Below are positions 57,941 through 64,000 of a stretch of 64,000 nt of DNA, in pieces. Both the position numbers and the translations under genes were made by a program. This DNA is from Phoronis australis (lineage: Eukaryota; Animalia; Phoronida), in the NCBI GenBank assembly GCA_002633005.1, contig NMRA01000051.1:1144713-1208712 (forward strand), in the 5' to 3' direction. Within the stretch, counting starts at the first letter, position 1; each line of letters opens with the position of its first letter. Below the pieces are notes generated by a model. It worked only from the letters and a program-made list of their open reading frames with translations, searched no databases and was not told the DNA's origin.

Positions 57941-60900
57941 ATGTGTCTAAACACGAAGCTGGGGCATTAGGCGGAAAGAATCATCTCTAGTGCGCTTGTG
58001 CAATGACCTACATACGGGTTCTCTGTCTCTGCAACTCCCAATTTGTTGTGTTATCTGTGTGTATGCATATTTGTTGCTGGTTTGATGTACACTTTCGAAC
58101 TCAAATGGACGTCCAGGCATTACCATAAGGTTACTTGTGCAACATAACTATTAAATCTACTGAATGCAAAAGTGGAGATACTTACCTTGTTTACGTACAT
58201 TGGAGACTGAATCGATTTGAACTCATATTTGCGGCTCAAATCATCTTAGGAAAGTGTGCGTAAAAGCAGGCAATTTAGCATAAATCCATTCAATCTGAAC
58301 CCACTCGAGGTGGTCTTCGAACTGGTTTAACTTGAGCCGAAGCATATCTTGCCATGTGTGAATGCACAATTCAATCGATTCAACTCAAATGGGGAAGTGA
58401 TGTATACTTGCACATGTGTAGATCTAGGATCTTGTGTCTGTCTTTGACCAAGTGTTACCTTGTGTTGATAATATCTGATTTTACAACTTTTGATAGGCTA
58501 TTATGACAAACATTTTTAAAATAATAAATAAACAGCGCCAAAACAGTTCAGTTACCTGCCATTTTATCAGTGTTTACAAATAAATAAAAGGAAGTTCTTG
58601 ACAGGAAGGTGAGAAGTACCCATGCACAAGATTCTTCTAGCAGATTCCACGCGTCTAAACTGATTTGGTCTGTGCAGAGTAGTCAAATGGACGAAGCGAC
58701 TTAAGCACACATGGATAAACTGAGTTAAAGTAAGCCGGTTCCGAGCTCCAAAGTAAAGGGGGGTAGTTGGTATAGCAGTAAGTAAGGAAGCTTCAGCTAC
58801 AGGCACAAATCACCATAGAAACGCATGTGCTGAATATGTGAAACACTTGAGCAAACCCAACCAGTATGTAGAAACATTCACTATAGCACATGCACATGAT
58901 AAACAAGTCCAGTTGAACACATGATTGCACCTAATATATTGTAAACAAGGGATGACCACCTGCACCTATAGGTGAAGCTCTGGGTAAATGTGCTTGAATG
59001 TGAAAATGTTCCTTGAGCAAAAGCATTACTTAGGAAACACCAAGGGAGTATGGCTCTTATGCATTCATCCAATAAATCCTAGAATATGTAAGCAATGTCA
59101 CAGTGCTTTTTCACTCCATAATGATCACACTCAGCTAAATTAGATTACAGTGTTTCATCAACAGTGACATGTACTAGTACAAGTCTTTTTATAAGTCATT
59201 TCCGCTATTTCCTCTGATAAAGCTATTAAGTGATGCTATAATGAATACGTATTTCAAAAAGGTAAGTACTTAGGAGACAACCTTCAGCACCATCTACAAT
59301 TCACTCCAATGACTTGGATGCAGTGAAATTTCACAGCGTTTTCATTATTTTGTAATCGCTGTGCTGCTAAATAACCAATGTTGTGCTATGTGATGTTCAA
59401 ATGAATCAGGCAAAAAGTACAACGCGGCAAAATCCCCCTGAATGAAACAAAAAAATTATTCAGAGTAAATTCAACATATCCTTCTCAACACACTTTGAAA
59501 GTCGCTTTCCTGAAGCTCTTCCACCTTAAAGAGAACATGTATGCCAGATGTTTGCTATTCCATAATTTGCATAGACAAAATAAATTTCAAATATATTCAG
59601 CTGACAGAAAAATGCTCAAAATAGTTCAGTACCCATTTGTCACTTATTTCACTTAAAAACAATTACTACCATTGTCATTTTCCTATTAATCATAACTTGT
59701 TATGAATGAGGAAAAATTTTACAAGTTTTATAACAACTATACAGAATAAACCAAGCTATAAATAGATTAAACTTTTATTAATCTTTATACTTGTTGAGAA
59801 ACTAAACAAAATAAAATTTCACTTGTCAGCCTGATAGGGCTATGGCTAAGGAGAGAACAACTGAACAAACAAGAGGTTAGTTCATTCTAGGTTCATTCAA
59901 TCCTTTGTATTTTTACACCTTTAAGCTACCTGTCAGCTCAGCTATGGTTCACTTGAGGCAGACAGCTCAGCTTGTAGCTAACTGGCTAAGAAACGAAAAT
60001 CCAAAATCAACCATAAGGCCTTATATTCCGATAAAATCAGTCTCATAATTAACATTCCTTAAAGTGTTAGCTTTCTATTTGCGTTATCAACAAAAATATC
60101 GAAAACCATCAGCGACACGGCATCAGCAACTCAAGAAAGTTACGCATCAGAGTTTATTGGGGTTAGCAAAGCCTAAAATTGTGAATTCGAAAATGGCATA
60201 TTTATGCAATGCTTGTGACCTGGAAATAGAATTCTATCACCCTATCGTCCAGAAGGAATATTTTGAGATCGATTTTATGAGAGTACAAAGCCTGATTTGA
60301 TTTCCTATTTTTTTCAGTCATGCAAAGTTGAATACAGTTTTGAAAGCCACAAATGGGTCCAATCTGTGAATTGTGTATAGAAAGGACAATATCAATAGGT
60401 AAAGAAAAATAATTGATTTGTGCACAGTAGAAAAGACTGGAGCTCTTCGCACATGAAGTTAGAACTTAGCTTCTTAGCTCATTACACACAATGCATGTCA
60501 GTGTCCTGATTGTAACTAGGAAACCTCAGTGTCTGTGCAAAACCGTAGAGCTTTGGTCAACTACTGTGGTAATACCTCACCAATTTCGGATTGCTAAAAA
60601 TGTTGTCGCGAATACCCACAATTTTCGAAATGTATTCTAGGGCTAGCTATGGTACAGAACATGAATATAGAAAAGCACTTAATTTGATGGTGCATACCTT
60701 TCATGGAAAAAAATGATAAAAAGGAATTTTTCTTGCCAGTCATATTATGTTCTAAATTGGAGAGAGTTTACAGTAAGCTGTCTACAAGGAAATCAATGCT
60801 GCATACAGTGAAACCATGCTAGAGTAAAGTTCAAAAGCTTTATACTCGTGGTTCACTCTCCTTGACTCTCCAAGACGCTACCTCATATTTAGGACTGAGT

Positions 60901-63032
60901 ACCACCAGAACAATAGTGATACTGGATATTCTATATTAATACTCCAATGAATCCACTGTGATACCGAAATCATTCGCTCTCATGTTCCAAGATGTAAATA
61001 AACTATTCCGATTCTGTGCACTGTGTGTACTATTTTTCATACGGACATTTAATGTTAGTATAATTACACGACGCACTACATCTCATTTCCTAACTGGAAA
61101 CATTGAATTTATCTTACTGGATGGATATGAATAGCTAGTTACCACAGCCCCTGGACTGATGGGCTCTCTTTTGCTTTGGGTTTTAATGGAACACAAAAGA
61201 ACACCAGTTAAAGCACTGCAGATCATTTTTGACACTGTGGTCTATAAAAACTGCGTAGGTCACTACAAATTGAATAAGTCACTATAAGTTGAGCTTTATC
61301 AGTCTTTAAATGAAAAACAAGTAAAGAAGCTGCTGCTACTTTGTTGAGTAGTCCCTGTCTTCCATCTTCAGGCTTGCTGGACCATAATAATAGACTGACT
61401 ATGCTTAATACCTAATCCCACAATGGATGGCTTATGAGCTAGATTTTAATCCCCAAAGAATCCTGTTGGGTTTTGAATGGGAACACTTAATGCAGATCTG
61501 AACATTCCATGTTCTGGGCTTCTGGGTGCTGACCAATAAACTGCACAAAGTATTACAAAAGACCAAAGTTCAAGTGCAAAGTATTAAAATGGTTGCTCAA
61601 AGAACAAAGGTAAGAACACAGTCACCTGTGGTAGTTTCCAGCTTCAAGAACTAAGAAACTTGAGATAATGGTCAATATTTCATAGATTTTTCACTTCAAA
61701 CTGATACATGTTTTCATGAACTGAATCTATGTTCGGCATACAATTATTTTCAAAATTAGAATTTAGAAACAAGAAATATTGAATCACCATTAGAAAATAC
61801 AATTTTAATCTGAAATAGACAATTTTGACGGCAAATATTCCAAATGGTTCAATTTTGTGAACAAGTGTCACTAAACAACCTTACAAGCAATTCTGAAGAA
61901 TAATTTGATGGTGAGGTTGCACACCATTCGCGCCCATGGCTGATAGAGTTTATTCTCACACCAACAGTCTGTTAGTCCATCTATTTGCTTGGGGCCGGCA
62001 TTTACGTGGGCGGACCTACTGTCTCATCGACTTGTAGCTCCTCCGAGCAATACGTGTTGGACAATCACAGCAATGTCTGGATCTAAACAACCAGGAAATG
62101 GATATAGACTGAACATTTCATGATTCCTAGTTTCAATTTAGACTGGAAACTGAAACACTGGTCATTATTTCAATTTTCATAATTTAATTTTAATAGAACC
62201 ATGGAATATTTAATATTGTTAAAATTTCATTTTTCAATTTTAGGTTTCAATGTTCAATTTGAAAATGAAAACTAAACAAGAAACCTGTACATGAATCATT
62301 TGAATCATTAGCATTAAATGAAACTGGTCTAAAACTGTTCCTTTAGCCAAACCTGAGGAATGATTTCAGGGCTTGAAAGGAGTTAACTGAGTTGGTTATT
62401 GCTCGAGACCAGGCTCTACAAGCTGGCTGGTCATGGCACATCAGTTCATACACAGCACTGAGCATACTCTAAAGGAATAACCAACTGTCAGTTCTTTGCA
62501 AACTCATCTGAGTAAGGAACATAAAGTGACCAATTTCATAGCCGTTAATGGCTTAAATCAAAAACTTGTTTCTTGGACAGAACGTGGGTTTAAACACAGT
62601 TGAGTGTAATGCCGCAAATGTTAAAATTTTTACCAAATGTTCTTTGGTCAAGGTAACCCCTATACTGCACAATCTAGGATATATGGCAAAATATATCCAA
62701 TTATAGACACACTCTACAATTTGGGACATTGGAGTTCAAGCTCAAATTGAATTTTCTTGATGCTGAAGATTGGTAAACAGTCGATTTTGGCAATCATCAC
62801 ATTTCACAAATATCAGACATTGCTGCATTTCGTATCAATAGTCAAAAATAGCCACCGATGCTGCATTTTCATGCAATGTGTGACAAAAATGAGGTGCACA
62901 CTTAAATAAGTTATTCGTGGAATGAGTTGTCGCTAAGTTTAGTAGGTGTGTGGCCGCTATTTGCCCTGAAGAAACTTGACATTTTCTCTAAAACAAAGCT
63001 ATGACTAACCTTTGAGCATTTGTATGATGAAG

Positions 63033-63106
63033 CATGGGCGGCGCACCATAGGGGGCTGGGGGGCGGGGGCTATAGCCCCACTTTTTTCAGTGCTGCGCCG
63101 CTCATG
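63033..63106. mobile_element. 74-bp G-rich mini-MITE with 5-bp TSD TGAAG
   Basis: TIRs CATGGGCGGCGCA / TGCGCCGCTCATG; TGAAG directly on both flanks. Confidence 0.75.
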
Positions 63107-63960
63107 TGAAGTAAGCCTCTGAATGAAAAGTCATTTAGAAAAATAGCAATTATATTTTTGTCTCAAATTAAAGAATTAATACAGTCATTGCAAAAAGGTA
63201 ACCAAGGTATGCTACATTGGATCATTTCTACATGAATGTATAAAATGACAATAGAATATGCACTTACAGGTTACATGTTCTATAGCAATGAATGAAGAAG
63301 ATCATCCCATTAACGCTTATTTAACTATCTCCTGGGTGATTAAAATTGAATAGCCAGGACTGATAGCTTCCTTAGGTTGTTGCAACAACAAAGGACTGAT
63401 TGTCATCGACCTTTCATGCACTGGACTAATATTGTACTTCCGCTACTGATCAATGTAATTAGCGTACCCATTCTGCCAAGAGATCAGTTTAAGTAGCTAT
63501 GTACCTGCCTTCCATCGCAAAAACCAACTTTTGATTTGCATACTGCTTACTGTTATGAAATTAGCCTTGAATTGTTTCATAGTCAACTTGTATGTGATTT
63601 CAGGGCCAGTTCATTATAGCTGGAGTGTTATTTTATGCCCCTACCAGGTCTCAAGGAATAAGGCCAAAAAAGCATACCGGCAAGTTGGTTATGGCCTGTA
63701 TCCCGACTCGTTTTGAGACTTGGGTAGAGTTTAGTAACGCTAGGTCCTACGCTTGGACCTTGCTAAAAAGCAAGAATTCGCGAGATTACATGAGATGTTT
63801 TTGTGTATTTTAAATGAGAATGTACGGTTTTGGCTAAATTTTTCAAGTCGCCAGACAGCCACTGAACTCTACCCTGTGCACACAGATTAAAAAACAAAAA
63901 ACACCAGTCCGTATCAATTTCAGCCAAGGTCTGATGTCTGAAATACTATGATTTGCCAAG

Positions 63961-64000
63961 CGGTGAGAAAAACAAATCCCGGTGAGTAAAACAAATCCCG
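63961..64000. repeat. 19-bp tandem repeat running off the window end
   Basis: CGGTGAGAAAAACAAATCC CGGTGAGTAAAACAAATCC CG. Confidence 0.7.

Overview
Eukaryotic (animal) genomic DNA: AT-rich, intron-rich and repeat-rich, probably from a bilaterian invertebrate (inferred, not proven). I reconstructed two convergent spliced genes by hand. (1) A complete KCTD9 (KHA + BTB/POZ + pentapeptide repeats) on +, with 9 coding exons from 913 to 9057, 410 aa. (2) An STK32/YANK AGC-type Ser/Thr kinase on -, with 9 coding exons from 45508 down to 13273; its first coding exon is not securely located (candidate near 61.9 kb, or outside the window). Almost all ORF-track entries are intronic noise. The introns hold an intact ~2 kb Helentron-associated (HINE/DINE-1-like) element whose internal higher-order tandem array carries ~12 co-oriented CTCF-consensus-like motifs, plus decayed HINE relatives, several MITE/foldback families and a decayed CR1/L2-type LINE with a relic 2A-like motif. 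Both genes also show tandem duplications of a splice donor. A 430-bp duplication around a single N (17394) looks like an assembly artefact. All assignments come from manual reading and remembered family motifs; no database search was run.
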